Shown one piece after another: positions 18,745 through 28,800 of a stretch of 62,448 bases of DNA (position 1 is its first letter; the number at the start of each line of letters is the position of its first letter). Source of the stretch: Alphaproteobacteria bacterium (lineage in GTDB: Bacteria > Pseudomonadota > Alphaproteobacteria > JABAAW01); NCBI GenBank assembly GCA_014237925.1, contig JABACB010000006.1, positions 1 to 62,448 on the forward strand, given 5' to 3'. The notes beneath the pieces are model-generated. The model was not told where the DNA came from, ran no database searches, and saw nothing but the letters and a program-made list of their open reading frames with translations. The position numbers and the translations under genes are program-made.

Positions 18745-19548
18745 TTGCTCGAAGGCAACAACCGAGGCGTCTTGCTGCTGACGCGCTTGCGCGAAGAATC
18801 GTTTGCGAGCGCAGTGAGGTTGCGCCGTCGCGGCTGGTCTGTCGTTCGCGCTCCCTTGTTGTCTCTCGAAGCGTTGCCTGCCCCCGATTTTGCCGAGAAG
18901 CTGGAGCAAAAGCCTGCGCTGGTCGTAACCTCGAAAAGCGCGTTGCGTACGCTTAGCCGTACGCATGCTTTCAAGTCTTCCTCCAAGTCTTCCTTTTCGC
19001 CGTTGCAACGCTCCGCGATCGGTGCCTTGTCGATCTATGCGGTGGGCGAAGAAAGCGCTGCCTTCGCCAAACGAATAGGCTTTGCAAGCGTACGCGCGGC
19101 GCAAGGTACGCTTGCTAGCCTGATCGAAGAGATCCGACAACACCATCCCCCAGGCGCCCCCGTTCTGCATCTCTGCGGCAGGCATCGTCGAGGGAATCTT
19201 GTGGAATCTTTGCGAAAAATGGGCTATCCTGCTTGCAGGTCCGTTCTGTACGAGGCGGTCTCGGCGCGAAAGTTGCCCGTTTCCGCCTACAACATCTTGC
19301 TTCCCGCCATGCACCCTTCTCTGTACGCTTCGCTGTTTTACTCGCCGCGCACGGCAGATATCTTCGCCACGCTGTACGCGCAAACCTTCGGAGAACCCTC
19401 CATGCTCCGTGCCTGCTTGCGCTTCTTCTGCCTTGCGCCGAGCATAGGCGTACGCTTGCGCCAAAGGTTCCCTTGCGCACGCATCGTTTGCGCCGTAGCA
19501 CCTTCGGAGTCGAGCCTGTTCCAAGCCCTTGACGAGGTCTCGACATGA
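18745..19548 (+). CDS. hemD: Uroporphyrinogen-III synthase
   Basis: LLTR, VVTS..A, YAVG..SA and FYSPRTA motifs; follows hemC. Confidence 0.85.
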   Translation: MLEGNNRGVLLLTRLREESFASAVRLRRRGWSVVRAPLLSLEALPAPDFAEKLEQKPALVVTSKSALRTLSRTHAFKSSSKSSFSPLQRSAIGALSIYAVGEESAAFAKRIGFASVRAAQGTLASLIEEIRQHHPPGAPVLHLCGRHRRGNLVESLRKMGYPACRSVLYEAVSARKLPVSAYNILLPAMHPSLYASLFYSPRTADIFATLYAQTFGEPSMLRACLRFFCLAPSIGVRLRQRFPCARIVCAVAPSESSLFQALDEVST

Positions 19549-21254
19549 CGGACAAAAAGCAAGAACAAGAACAAAGTTTCGATTTCGACGAACGCTCAGA
19601 TGTCGAGGCGCTGGTCGCTCGTTTCGGGGGATTGCGTCCTTGCGCCGCGCAGCTAGGGCTTGCCGTCGGCACGGTTCAGGGCTGGAAAAAACGAGGCTCG
19701 ATCCCCCCACCTCACCAACAAAAAATCCGAGACCTCCTCAGCACCCTGAGCGCACAAGAACAGGCGATAACGCAAAAAAGACAAACGCAAGAAGGACAAG
19801 CGCAAGAAGGACAAGCGCAAGAAGAAACGCAAGCAAAAACGCAAGAAGAAACGAAAGAAGAAAGGATAGAAGAGCCGAAGAAGGAGGAAGAACAAAGCAA
19901 GGAGCAAGGTAAGAAACAAGGCAAGAAGGATGCTGAAGTCGCCACGGGCGAGGAGGCAGCAACAGAAGAAGGGATCGTCAGCGCCTTCACAAGCAGCGGC
20001 GATTCAACCAGCGGCGACGAGGAAGGTTTGGACATTTCGAGCGAGGTGTGGGAACACGCCGCCCTGCCGCGCAGCACCAGCGGTCAGTGGGCAATTCTGA
20101 TCTCGCTGATCGCCCTTGTCGGCGTTGTCACGCGCCCTCTTTGGGCGGCACCGATCGATACAAAACTGATGGGCGCATTAGACGACGGGCACACCACCGC
20201 CTCGCCCGCCACCTCACCATCGTCGGCAGGCGATGCCGAAAGCGAAGGCGCGCACGACCCGTCAGACAAGACGGAAGGAAGGGAGGCGGCTGCGTCCGAC
20301 GGCTCCGCGTCTTCTGCGGGGGGGGCGGTCGCGTTGCCGCGCGACTTGCTGGTGCGCTTGGAGGGCTTGGAGCGTGATATGGCAACGGTGAGCGGGCAGC
20401 AGTCGACACCTGCGGCGGCAGAGTTGCGTCGTCTGAAAAGCGAGAGCGACGCGCTCGCCGCTGCTTTCGACAATCAGTCGGCGCGCTTGGATTCGCTCGT
20501 CGGGCTGTTGCAACAACGCAGCGAGGCTTTGTCGCGTTTGCGTGCGCAAGTGGAACGCTTAGAGCAGAACCGCGCGACCGAGCGCCTCTCGCGTCGATTG
20601 AACGCTCTGTTCCAACTGGAGAACATCGCCTATGCGATCGTGCAACGCAGCGCGTTCTCGCTGGAGCCGCTCGAGTCCTCCTTGAGCCTCGAAGAGCGCG
20701 CTCAAACAGAGGGAGCCTTGGCGCTTCTGACGCAGGCGAACGATATGTCCTCCCCGCAGCAACTGCTCGCCGATTACCGCCGCTTGCTGCCCGACCTCTT
20801 GGTATGGCAGGCGATGGGCACAGCAGAGCAGGACGCACAAGAACAAGGAGTTGCGCAAGGGGACGGGAAAGGGGACGGGCAAGGGGACGGGCAAGGATTC
20901 GCCAAAGGATTTGTAGAGCGATTCGCTCAAAAACTGCGGGCGCAGCTGTTCGGCATCGTCTCCTTGAGACGACGCTATGGCGAGCGTAGCGGCGACAAAG
21001 AATCCGCGCTGTTTCAAGTCGAGCGCATGCTCGAAGAAGGACGCCTCCAACAAGCTGAGGAGCGTCTCGCGCAAACATCCCCCTCCCGCGTGCAAGCGCG
21101 CGAGCAACTGGGGGAAGAGGTTGCGGCTCAACTGGAGGCTTTTCGCACTGCCCTGTCCGTGCGCAACAACGTCTTTGCCGCCTTGCACGACATTCGTGAT
21201 ATCTTGAGCAGCGGAGAGACGGGCGACCTAAAGACTCGCGCCCCCTCTTTCTGA
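19545..21254 (+). CDS. Mitofilin/Mic60-like (COG4223) membrane coiled-coil protein with N-terminal Cro-like HTH
   Basis: Between hemD and hemY; single TM helix, long coiled coil, C-terminal L..LV.(L/V)RR...A...L..G.L..A mitofilin-like signature. Confidence 0.75.
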   Translation: MTDKKQEQEQSFDFDERSDVEALVARFGGLRPCAAQLGLAVGTVQGWKKRGSIPPPHQQKIRDLLSTLSAQEQAITQKRQTQEGQAQEGQAQEETQAKTQEETKEERIEEPKKEEEQSKEQGKKQGKKDAEVATGEEAATEEGIVSAFTSSGDSTSGDEEGLDISSEVWEHAALPRSTSGQWAILISLIALVGVVTRPLWAAPIDTKLMGALDDGHTTASPATSPSSAGDAESEGAHDPSDKTEGREAAASDGSASSAGGAVALPRDLLVRLEGLERDMATVSGQQSTPAAAELRRLKSESDALAAAFDNQSARLDSLVGLLQQRSEALSRLRAQVERLEQNRATERLSRRLNALFQLENIAYAIVQRSAFSLEPLESSLSLEERAQTEGALALLTQANDMSSPQQLLADYRRLLPDLLVWQAMGTAEQDAQEQGVAQGDGKGDGQGDGQGFAKGFVERFAQKLRAQLFGIVSLRRRYGERSGDKESALFQVERMLEEGRLQQAEERLAQTSPSRVQAREQLGEEVAAQLEAFRTALSVRNNVFAALHDIRDILSSGETGDLKTRAPSF

Positions 21255-21312
21255 TACTCCTTGTTGACAACCCCCGCTGACAGCCCCCGCTGACAACCCC
21301 CGCTGACAACCC

Positions 21313-22581
21313 GTGTTTTGGACGATCGTCAAACTCGCGCTGCTGACGCTCATCGTTGCGTGGATGGCGACCGCGCGCGGACAACTCGAACTCGCATGGG
21401 GGGAATGGCAGCTCACCGCCAGACCGGGCGCGTTGATCGTCTTGTTGCTTTTGGCGCTCTTGCTCGTCGCGTGGGGGGGAAGGCTCTTTCGAGAGCTGTG
21501 GTTGTTGCCGCGGCATGTCGGATTGTGGCGGCGGACGCGGCGGCGCGATGCGGGCTATCGAGCTTTGCTACAGGCTTTGAGCGAGGGCGGAACAGCAGGA
21601 ACAGAAGCAGGCGAAGGTGTTGCCGCACGCTTGAACAAGGCTTTGGAAGCGCGAAAGCTTTTGGACAGAGACAGCCTCTCCACCCTGATCGCCGCTCAGA
21701 TCGCCGAGAGCGCCTCCGATCTCGATCAAGCGCAGACGCTCTACGAGAACCTGAAACGATCCCCCGATACGCGTTTCGTCGCTCTCGTGTCGTTGGCGCG
21801 GCTCGCGCGCCACAAGGGTGCTTACGGACGCGCTCGGGCTCACGCGCGTGAGGCGGAGACGTTGCGTCCGTCGTCGTTGCTGCTGTGGATCGAGCAAATC
21901 GAGATTGCAAGATGCGGCGATTCGCCTGAGGCTGCCCTCTCTCTTTTGGACAAAATACGACGGCGCGGCATCACTCTGCCCTCGACTTTCCAGACGCTGG
22001 AGGCGGGCTTGCGAATCGATGCCATGCGAAAAGCCTTGGAGGCGGGAGACGAAAAGGATGCCGTGCGACAGGCGCATTTGGCTTATCTCGCCTCCCCGCA
22101 GCGCGGCATCGTCGCCTATGCGCAACGACTCGCATTCGGAGGGGCGGCGGCGAAGGCGCAGGGACGAAAACTCGTCCGCGCACGATGGACAGAGTTCGAA
22201 GGACGTCCGCTCGCCGAAGTGTTCTTCCGTCTGCACGACGCGACCAAACCCATCGAGCGGGCGCGTCTGCTGGAAAGCTTGTGCGCCAAAAAACCGCCCT
22301 TGCAACCTTCCTTGAAGTCGCGGCTCTTTTTATGCGAACTGCTGCTCGACGCCAAGGTGTGGGTGCGGGCAACGCAGACGCTGGATGATCTGGCGGCGGA
22401 AATAGAAGAAAGCGACAGATCCTCAAACGCTCCCATCGCGCAGGCGGATTGGCTTTCTTACAACGTCCTGCGCGCACGCTTGGCTAAGGAGGCGCACAAC
22501 GATTTGGAAGGACAGCAGTACTGGCTCGACCGTCTCGCCGAGCAGGCGCGCCAGCCACGACAACAAGAACAGGCGAGCTAA
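21313..22581 (+). CDS. hemY: HemY_N/TPR membrane protein
   Basis: Two N-terminal TM helices with G.L...WG.W, RR..GY.AL motif, TPR-like helices; synteny. Confidence 0.85.
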   Translation: MFWTIVKLALLTLIVAWMATARGQLELAWGEWQLTARPGALIVLLLLALLLVAWGGRLFRELWLLPRHVGLWRRTRRRDAGYRALLQALSEGGTAGTEAGEGVAARLNKALEARKLLDRDSLSTLIAAQIAESASDLDQAQTLYENLKRSPDTRFVALVSLARLARHKGAYGRARAHAREAETLRPSSLLLWIEQIEIARCGDSPEAALSLLDKIRRRGITLPSTFQTLEAGLRIDAMRKALEAGDEKDAVRQAHLAYLASPQRGIVAYAQRLAFGGAAAKAQGRKLVRARWTEFEGRPLAEVFFRLHDATKPIERARLLESLCAKKPPLQPSLKSRLFLCELLLDAKVWVRATQTLDDLAAEIEESDRSSNAPIAQADWLSYNVLRARLAKEAHNDLEGQQYWLDRLAEQARQPRQQEQAS

Positions 22582-22585
22582 TCCT

Positions 22586-23221
22586 TCACTCGTAGGATGC
22601 CTCCGAGCTGTAGCTCCTGTCGGAGTCTGTCCCCGCGCTTTCGGGAGCATCTGCCGTAGGCAGTCCGCCTTCGGAGAGAGGGCGTCTTTGTTCTACTTGC
22701 GCCTGCTCTTCGCTCGTCTCTTCGCTCGTCTCTTCGCTTGAATCTTCGCTTGTCTCGCGCGGCGACTCTGCGCTCTGCGCAGAAGAAGCGGCAGGTTCGG
22801 AAGAAGCATACCCTTCGCGCGCAGGCCCCTCAGGTGCGACAGCCCAGCGACGGCGCGAGTTCGCGCGCGGCGCAAAACGGCGATAGCCGCCGTCGCCCTC
22901 TCCCTCGTCAGAATCGCTATGACTATGGCGTTCCAAGGAGCGTTCGGGCGTGCTTTTGTCTCGATCGAAGGTTTGCAAGCGCAGGTAGTGTTCGGCGTGC
23001 TGAAGAAGGTTTTCCGTCAGAATCTTGTCGCCGCTGGCAGCCGAATCGCGGGCCAGCTGCACATACTTGTCGTGGATTTGGATGGGTTTGCCGCGCACGC
23101 GGAAGTTTGCAGGACCGTTCGATTCAAAGTTGCGTCCTGATCCTGAAGAGGAGGGGCTCCGTCCGCGTGGGGAGTAGCCGCCGCCGTTACGGGGGCGGGA
23201 GGGTCTTCGTTGACTGTACAT
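22586..23221 (-). CDS. DUF4167 family protein
   Basis: FESNGP..RVRG...QI.DKY..LARD...SGD....EN..QHAEHY.R; downstream of prmC. Confidence 0.9.
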   Translation of the reverse strand: MYSQRRPSRPRNGGGYSPRGRSPSSSGSGRNFESNGPANFRVRGKPIQIHDKYVQLARDSAASGDKILTENLLQHAEHYLRLQTFDRDKSTPERSLERHSHSDSDEGEGDGGYRRFAPRANSRRRWAVAPEGPAREGYASSEPAASSAQSAESPRETSEDSSEETSEETSEEQAQVEQRRPLSEGGLPTADAPESAGTDSDRSYSSEASYE

Positions 23222-23293
23222 GGCTCGTAGGGTGGAGGGGGAATATTCTCCAAAAGAGGATAGGCGAGAGAGGAGCGATCGCGCAAGGTTTTT

Positions 23294-24229
23294 TTAAGAA
23301 GAATGCCTTCTCAGAACGGAGACTCTGTCGCGTCCTGCCAGATCGGGAATCGTGCGGAGGTGGCGGAAGCGTTTCCGTTGCGCAAGGGCTTTGAGAACGC
23401 TCGTTTGGCGGGGCGCGTGTTCAAGGACAAGAAAGCCGCCGCAGCGCAGCGTCTGTCGTGCGTAGCGGAGGATAGAGCGAAAACTGCGCATGCCGTCGAA
23501 GCCGCCGTCGAGCGCGAGGGGAGGGTCGAAACGCGCAACTTCGCGCGAGAGCATGATGCGCTCGACGCGACGGATGTAGGGGGGGTTGGCGAAGAGGAGG
23601 TCGAGGCGTTGGCTTGAAAGATGTTTTTTGCAAGACTTTCTGTCGCTCCAGTTTTGGCGAAAGAATCGGACGGGAAGTTTTCTTGGCAAGCCTTGTGCGT
23701 TGTGTCGTGCTGCGACAAGGGCTTGGGCGGAGATGTCGGAGGCTAGTAGGCGAGGTCTCCGAGGTTTGCAGAAGAGCTTCGCTGCAGGGTTTGCGGCAGG
23801 GTTGGGGAAGAGCGTGGCAGCGAGGGCGAGCGTGATGCATCCGCAGCCGCAGCCGAGTTCCAAGACGCTGCGAACAGGGTGCGGAGAGACGATAAGCTCG
23901 AGGACAGCCGCGAGCAGTGTTTCGCTGTCGGCTCTTGGAATGAGGCAGGCTTTGTTCAGACGAAAGGTCAAAGAAGCGAACTCGCGCGAGCTTGTGATTC
24001 TGGCGAGGGGTTCGCGTGTTGCTCTGCGTTCGACGAGGCGCGTCAGGCGGAGCGCGAGCTTAGGCGTGAGGTTCGAGGAGGCGAGCAGGGGGAGGGGGTT
24101 GTTTGTCGATGCTCGCCAGAGCGCGTCGAGTTCTGCTTGGGGGTCGGAGAGGCTGGCTTCTTTTAGGCGGCGCAACCATTGTTGACGGAGACGGAGGATT
24201 TCTTGGCTTGTGAGTTGTGCGTGATGCAT
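23294..24229 (-). CDS. prmC: Release factor glutamine methyltransferase
   Basis: RR..REPLA.I, LIPR.DSE, ELGCGCGCI, NPPYI and P.LALDGG.DG motifs; ATG 24229 directly after prfA. Confidence 0.93.
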   Translation of the reverse strand: MHHAQLTSQEILRLRQQWLRRLKEASLSDPQAELDALWRASTNNPLPLLASSNLTPKLALRLTRLVERRATREPLARITSSREFASLTFRLNKACLIPRADSETLLAAVLELIVSPHPVRSVLELGCGCGCITLALAATLFPNPAANPAAKLFCKPRRPRLLASDISAQALVAARHNAQGLPRKLPVRFFRQNWSDRKSCKKHLSSQRLDLLFANPPYIRRVERIMLSREVARFDPPLALDGGFDGMRSFRSILRYARQTLRCGGFLVLEHAPRQTSVLKALAQRKRFRHLRTIPDLAGRDRVSVLRRHSS

Positions 24230-24237
24230 TCGGGGTA

Positions 24238-25356
24238 TTAAGATTTTTGGGTTTGTTGGGTTTGTCGTTGGAGCGTTTCGATCTGCTCTGCTTTTCGTGC
24301 GGCTTCGAGAGGATTGAGTAGGAGCTCGAGTCCGTCGCCTTGCATGATTCGGTCGAGTTTGTAGATCGTGAGCGCGATTCGGTGGTCGGTGATTCGGTTC
24401 TGCGGAAAGTTGTAGGTACGGATTCTTTCGGAGCGGTCTCCGCTTCCTATCTGTGTTTTTCGTGTTGCAGCGAGTTCGGCGTTTTGTGTTTCGCGGATAT
24501 GTCGGTGGACTCTGGCGGTGAGAACTTTGAGTGCTTTCTCGCGGTTGCGGTGTTGGGATTTTTCGTCTTGGCATTGGACAACTTGTCCGGAGGGGATATG
24601 GGTGATACGGATGGCGGAATCGGTCGTATTGACATGTTGTCCTCCCGCACCTTGTGCGCGGAAGGTTTCTGTTCGGAGGTCTTGTTCCAAGAGGGGTTGT
24701 TGTGTTTCCGTCGATTGCGGGAGGATGGCGACGGTCGCGGCGGAGGTATGGATCCTGCCTTGTGCCTCGGTTTCGGGAATGCGTTGGACGCGGTGGACGC
24801 CTGATTCTACGGAGAGTCTTGCAAACGCTCGAGGTCCTTCGATGGTAGCGACAGCTTCTTTAATTCCGCCTTGTTGTGTTTGTTGTGTTGAAACAGTTTC
24901 GAACTTGTAGTTGTTGTTTGCGGAGAAGCGTTGATACATGGTGAGCAGGTCGCTTGCAAAAAGAGCGGCTTCTTCTCCGCCTGTACCAGGGCGAATTTCA
25001 AGGATGGCGGTATTGGCGTTTTCTTCGTCTGTTGCGTTGAGCATGAGGTTTTGGATATGTTGCAGGCTGTCGTTTTGTTGTTGTTCTAATGTTGAGATTT
25101 CGTCTGAAGCGAGGGCTTTGAGCTCTTTGTTAGATTCGGTGAGAAGATCTTGTGCGTCGGATTTTTGTCGGGCGAGGTTGTTGTAGGAGCGGATGGCGTT
25201 GCAGAGGGGGGTTAGGTGAGCGAGTGTTTTGGCAAGCGTGATGCGCTCAGAGTTAGGGAGGGTGGGGTTGTTGAGGGCGTGTTGTGTCGCTTCCTCTTGG
25301 CGGAGGGTTGTAGCGAAGCGTTCTTGCCAAAATTCGTCTGAAGGGGAGGAGGACAT
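24238..25356 (-). CDS. prfA: Peptide chain release factor 1
   Basis: [22 protein letters not shown] (PxT), GAGGQHVN and RTYNFPQ.R.TDHR motifs. Confidence 0.97.
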   Translation of the reverse strand: MSSSPSDEFWQERFATTLRQEEATQHALNNPTLPNSERITLAKTLAHLTPLCNAIRSYNNLARQKSDAQDLLTESNKELKALASDEISTLEQQQNDSLQHIQNLMLNATDEENANTAILEIRPGTGGEEAALFASDLLTMYQRFSANNNYKFETVSTQQTQQGGIKEAVATIEGPRAFARLSVESGVHRVQRIPETEAQGRIHTSAATVAILPQSTETQQPLLEQDLRTETFRAQGAGGQHVNTTDSAIRITHIPSGQVVQCQDEKSQHRNREKALKVLTARVHRHIRETQNAELAATRKTQIGSGDRSERIRTYNFPQNRITDHRIALTIYKLDRIMQGDGLELLLNPLEAARKAEQIETLQRQTQQTQKS

Positions 25357-25624
25357 GCTTTCTTATACTACGGATAGCTTTGTCGGTGTTTGTTTTTTTT
25401 GAGTTGTTTTTTTAGGTAGGGTAGATTCCCCCCTCCTCTTTTCTCCGCTCACAGAAAAACATGGTGTTGTGGCGGAGGAGGCGTGGTGTTTTGAAGTTAA
25501 GCGAAACAACATGCGGATGACTTGTTTTGCGAGGTTGTATTTTCTGCCAGAGTGCTGGGTTGGGAGCGCATGCGTTACAAAAATATCATCTTTACCGAGA
25601 GGGTGTTTTTTCTGTGAGCGGAGG

Positions 25625-27004
25625 TTATGGATCTTCGTTTTTGTTGCCAAAGTTATCCACCAACCAGTTATTAAAATTCACCTCAGAATTGTGGAGATCA
25701 AAATCGAATACAACATCTCCTGTAGATACATTCGTTAATTTGATTTGATATGGCTGACCTTCTTTTCTAGCAACGAAAGCAATATAATCTGGTTTTGTTT
25801 TTTCTGCTTCTTCGTAAGAAGAAGATTCAAAAAAAGCAGCCCCAGAAAAATTATTTTTACAAAACTCATTTCTTAAATCTTCAATGAGATTAACAAGATC
25901 TCTTCCATAATCAGATGCTTTAAAAGAGTCGTTTCCTATTAAACATATTTTTGTTATACGAGGGTCAGCAGTTTGAATTTTTTCGTTTTCTTGAAATTCC
26001 AACAAACGTTCTAACCCTGCAGCCCACCCAATGGCACTAACAGGATTTTTTCCTCCCAACTCCACGCATAATCCGTCATAACGTCCCCCCGCCAACACCG
26101 TTGCCTGCGCCCGTTCCGTCCTATTTTCCACAAATTCAAAAACAAACCCATTGTAGTAATCTAACCCACGCACAAGCCTTGTGTCGCAAGAATATGGAAT
26201 TTTTAAACTTTCAAAAGACTCTTGAACTTTATCAAAATTATCTTGTGAAATTTTATTTAAGACAAATGGAGGAGCTTTTTCTATCGCCTCCTGGTCGACA
26301 GAATTTTTAGAATCCAAAATACGCAAAGGGCTACGCTTCAATCGTTCGATACTCTCGTCCGAAAGAGCCTCGTTCTTTGCGTATTGTTGGAAATGCTGTC
26401 TTAAAACCTCGCTGTAACGCGCCCTCTCCTCCGTATTGCCAAGCCAATTGATCTTAAGCTCAATAACATCTTTTAATCCCAATTTTATAAGAAAACGCCA
26501 AGCGCAAGCGACAACCTCTACTTCTTTGTCGATATTGTAGACATCGCGCGCGGGCTTATGTAGACACTCTACGCCGCATTGATGAAATTGACGAAACCTC
26601 CCCCTTTGCGGTCTCTCCCTGCGAAACATCGCTCCTTCGTAAAACCACCGCTGCGGCAAAGTCTGCGTCAACCCATTCTCGATCAACATTCGCACGACCC
26701 CCGCCGTCCCCTCAGGACGCAAACACAACTCATCGCTACGATCGTTCTTGTCCTTCTTGTCCTCAAACGAATACATCTCCTTCATCACAACATCACTATC
26801 TAACCCCAACGAACGCCGATACAAACTCGCCCGCTCCAAGATAGGAATCTCCACACGCTCGAATCCATACAAGCGCGCAACATCCTCCGCAATCCGCGCA
26901 ATCCTCCGTAGCCCCGCCGCACGCGCAGGCAAAAAATCCTGCATCCCACGAACCCGACGAATAGGCTCAATCCTGCCTCGCTTCTTTTCGCTCTTCTCGC
27001 TCAT
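25625..27004 (-). CDS. hisS: Histidyl-tRNA synthetase
   Basis: RGM.D, KEMY.F, LRPEGTA, FRRERPQ.GRFRQF.Q, LVRGLDYY, AGGRYD and GWA.GLERL motifs. Confidence 0.96.
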   Translation of the reverse strand: MSEKSEKKRGRIEPIRRVRGMQDFLPARAAGLRRIARIAEDVARLYGFERVEIPILERASLYRRSLGLDSDVVMKEMYSFEDKKDKNDRSDELCLRPEGTAGVVRMLIENGLTQTLPQRWFYEGAMFRRERPQRGRFRQFHQCGVECLHKPARDVYNIDKEVEVVACAWRFLIKLGLKDVIELKINWLGNTEERARYSEVLRQHFQQYAKNEALSDESIERLKRSPLRILDSKNSVDQEAIEKAPPFVLNKISQDNFDKVQESFESLKIPYSCDTRLVRGLDYYNGFVFEFVENRTERAQATVLAGGRYDGLCVELGGKNPVSAIGWAAGLERLLEFQENEKIQTADPRITKICLIGNDSFKASDYGRDLVNLIEDLRNEFCKNNFSGAAFFESSSYEEAEKTKPDYIAFVARKEGQPYQIKLTNVSTGDVVFDFDLHNSEVNFNNWLVDNFGNKNEDP

Positions 27005-27045
27005 CGCCGTTGTTCACACACAAAAAGATCCCCCCACACCTCCCC

Positions 27046-27339
27046 CTAAAGCATCCGAAACGCATACTCCCGAATCAACTGCCCCAAAAACCACAACCCA
27101 ATCAACGCGATCACCGGCGAGAAATCAACCCCCGAAACCGAAGGAATAACACGACGAATCGGACGCAACAAGGGCTCGGTCAAACGATACAAAACCTCCA
27201 ACACCGAGCGCACAACAGACGAATGCGCGTTGATCACGCCAAACGCCAACAGCCAACTCAACACCGCAACCGCAATGATGCACCAGCCGTACAAACGCAA
27301 CAGCAACAACACAAGATTGATCAAAGAATGCATAAGCAA
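27046..27339 (-). CDS. YggT family membrane protein
   Basis: LSWL.AF.VIN, LTEPLLRPIRR.IP and GVDFSP motifs. Confidence 0.93.
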   Translation of the reverse strand: MLMHSLINLVLLLLRLYGWCIIAVAVLSWLLAFGVINAHSSVVRSVLEVLYRLTEPLLRPIRRVIPSVSGVDFSPVIALIGLWFLGQLIREYAFRML

Positions 27340-27371
27340 ACCCTAGCGAAAACCCCCCTCGACACGCAAGC

Positions 27372-27413
27372 AAAAAAAGAGGACGCGGGCAACAAAACGA
27401 AGCCCGCGTCCTC
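27372..27413 (-). terminator. Rho-independent terminator of the outer-membrane protein gene
   Basis: 12 bp perfect stem gaggacgcgggc/gcccgcgtcctc followed by T7 on the minus strand. Confidence 0.9.
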
Positions 27414-27457
27414 AGATGTTCCCAAAAGAGCTAGCAATCGAGAACTGGCAATGAAAG

Positions 27458-28567
27458 TTAGTAGATGTAGCCCAACGCGAAAGTCGGGCTGGCGTAGAAG
27501 ACCTTCTCAGGTTCGACAGTGAGAGAAGGGATTCCTCCTCCAAAATCGTACTTCACTTCGCCAGGATCGATGACACCAAGCCCCGTCTTGACCGTGAGGT
27601 TGAACCCGTTCTTCAGGTAGTAGCTGATGCCGAGAACACCGCCGCCGCCGATGCCGCCTTCGGTCGAGACGCTCGGCAAGGAAGGAATCAAGCTGGCATA
27701 CCCCCCTTGCGAAACATACAGCTCGCCTCCGACGATGAAGCCCAGCCCAGGCATACCGCTTCCCAGCACATATTCGTACGCCGCTGACACGAAGAAAGCC
27801 GTAGCATCCCCCTTGGCTTTGGAAAGATCATCGATGCCGTAGCCTGCTTGCAGACCCTGTTCCAATGCAGCGATTGCCGCGGCTCTTGCTGTGGCTCTTG
27901 CCTCGGCTATTGCTGCCTGTCCTTCCTCCGAGGCTATTGCCCCGGCTATTGCTGCCTGTCCTTCCTCCGAGGCTATTGCCTCATCACGGATTCCTTGGAA
28001 GACTTCGTTGATGATTTCTTGCTGAGCTTCAGGAGGCAGAGAAGTAAATGCCGGAGCTCCCGGCTGTGCGCCTGCGCCCAACGCATAAGCACCAGCAGCA
28101 ATAGCACCATCGACTTGTGCTTGTAATGGCTCACTTATTCCGGCACCGGCGAGGGCTTGAATGGTACCATCTCTAGCAGCTTGGAGACCACCATCAGCAA
28201 CTCTTTCCTCAGCAATATCCCTAGCAACGCCCTCAGCAATATCCTGAGCAGCACCTGCAGCAGCGTTTTGAATTCCGCTACGAAAGTCATCGTAGCTCTC
28301 CCCGTTCCATGTGGCTTTGGTGAGGTTGGCCCCAGGGCTTGTTCCTGCAGCGCCTGCCAAGCCGATGCGTAGCACCGAACCTTTCGGACGATGCTCGTCT
28401 TGTCCCTGGAAGCCGAACAGAAACTCTCCGCCCATGCCGTGCAACTGGAAGCCCACCGAGGTGTAACCCACGTTGAAGCCGAACTGCAACCCCTTTGCAG
28501 GAGACGCAAACAAACCCGAAAAACCCGCCGCCAAGCAAGCGAGGGCAACAACAATTCCTTTTCTCAT
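27458..28567 (-). CDS. Putative ~8-stranded outer-membrane beta-barrel with large Ala-rich helical insert
   Basis: Signal peptide (..SPAKG), alternating amphipathic strands, terminal aromatic residue (LGYIY), AAGGAG RBS and own terminator. Confidence 0.75.
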   Translation of the reverse strand: MRKGIVVALACLAAGFSGLFASPAKGLQFGFNVGYTSVGFQLHGMGGEFLFGFQGQDEHRPKGSVLRIGLAGAAGTSPGANLTKATWNGESYDDFRSGIQNAAAGAAQDIAEGVARDIAEERVADGGLQAARDGTIQALAGAGISEPLQAQVDGAIAAGAYALGAGAQPGAPAFTSLPPEAQQEIINEVFQGIRDEAIASEEGQAAIAGAIASEEGQAAIAEARATARAAAIAALEQGLQAGYGIDDLSKAKGDATAFFVSAAYEYVLGSGMPGLGFIVGGELYVSQGGYASLIPSLPSVSTEGGIGGGGVLGISYYLKNGFNLTVKTGLGVIDPGEVKYDFGGGIPSLTVEPEKVFYASPTFALGYIY

Positions 28568-28800
28568 CGGAAAAAACTCCTTTTTGTGATGATGTTGTTC
28601 GTATCAGAACGATCGTCCCCCTGTTGATCCCCCTGTGTCTCGCTTCGCTCCAAGTTCCCCCGCAGTCCCCCCGCTCCAAGCTCCCTGCAAGCACGACACA
28701 AGAGGCACTTGTAGCACCCTCGTCTTCCCCTCGTCAACGCCAAATGAAAAAAGACATGGGAATCCGTAGAATTCGTCGAGGATCGATCAAGGTTGATCGA

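Noticed and set aside
25653-25661. DnaA-box-like TTATCCACC near the skew switch, suggesting oriC
   Set aside because: Single mismatched box inside hisS, and the G-to-C skew polarity is opposite to that of an origin
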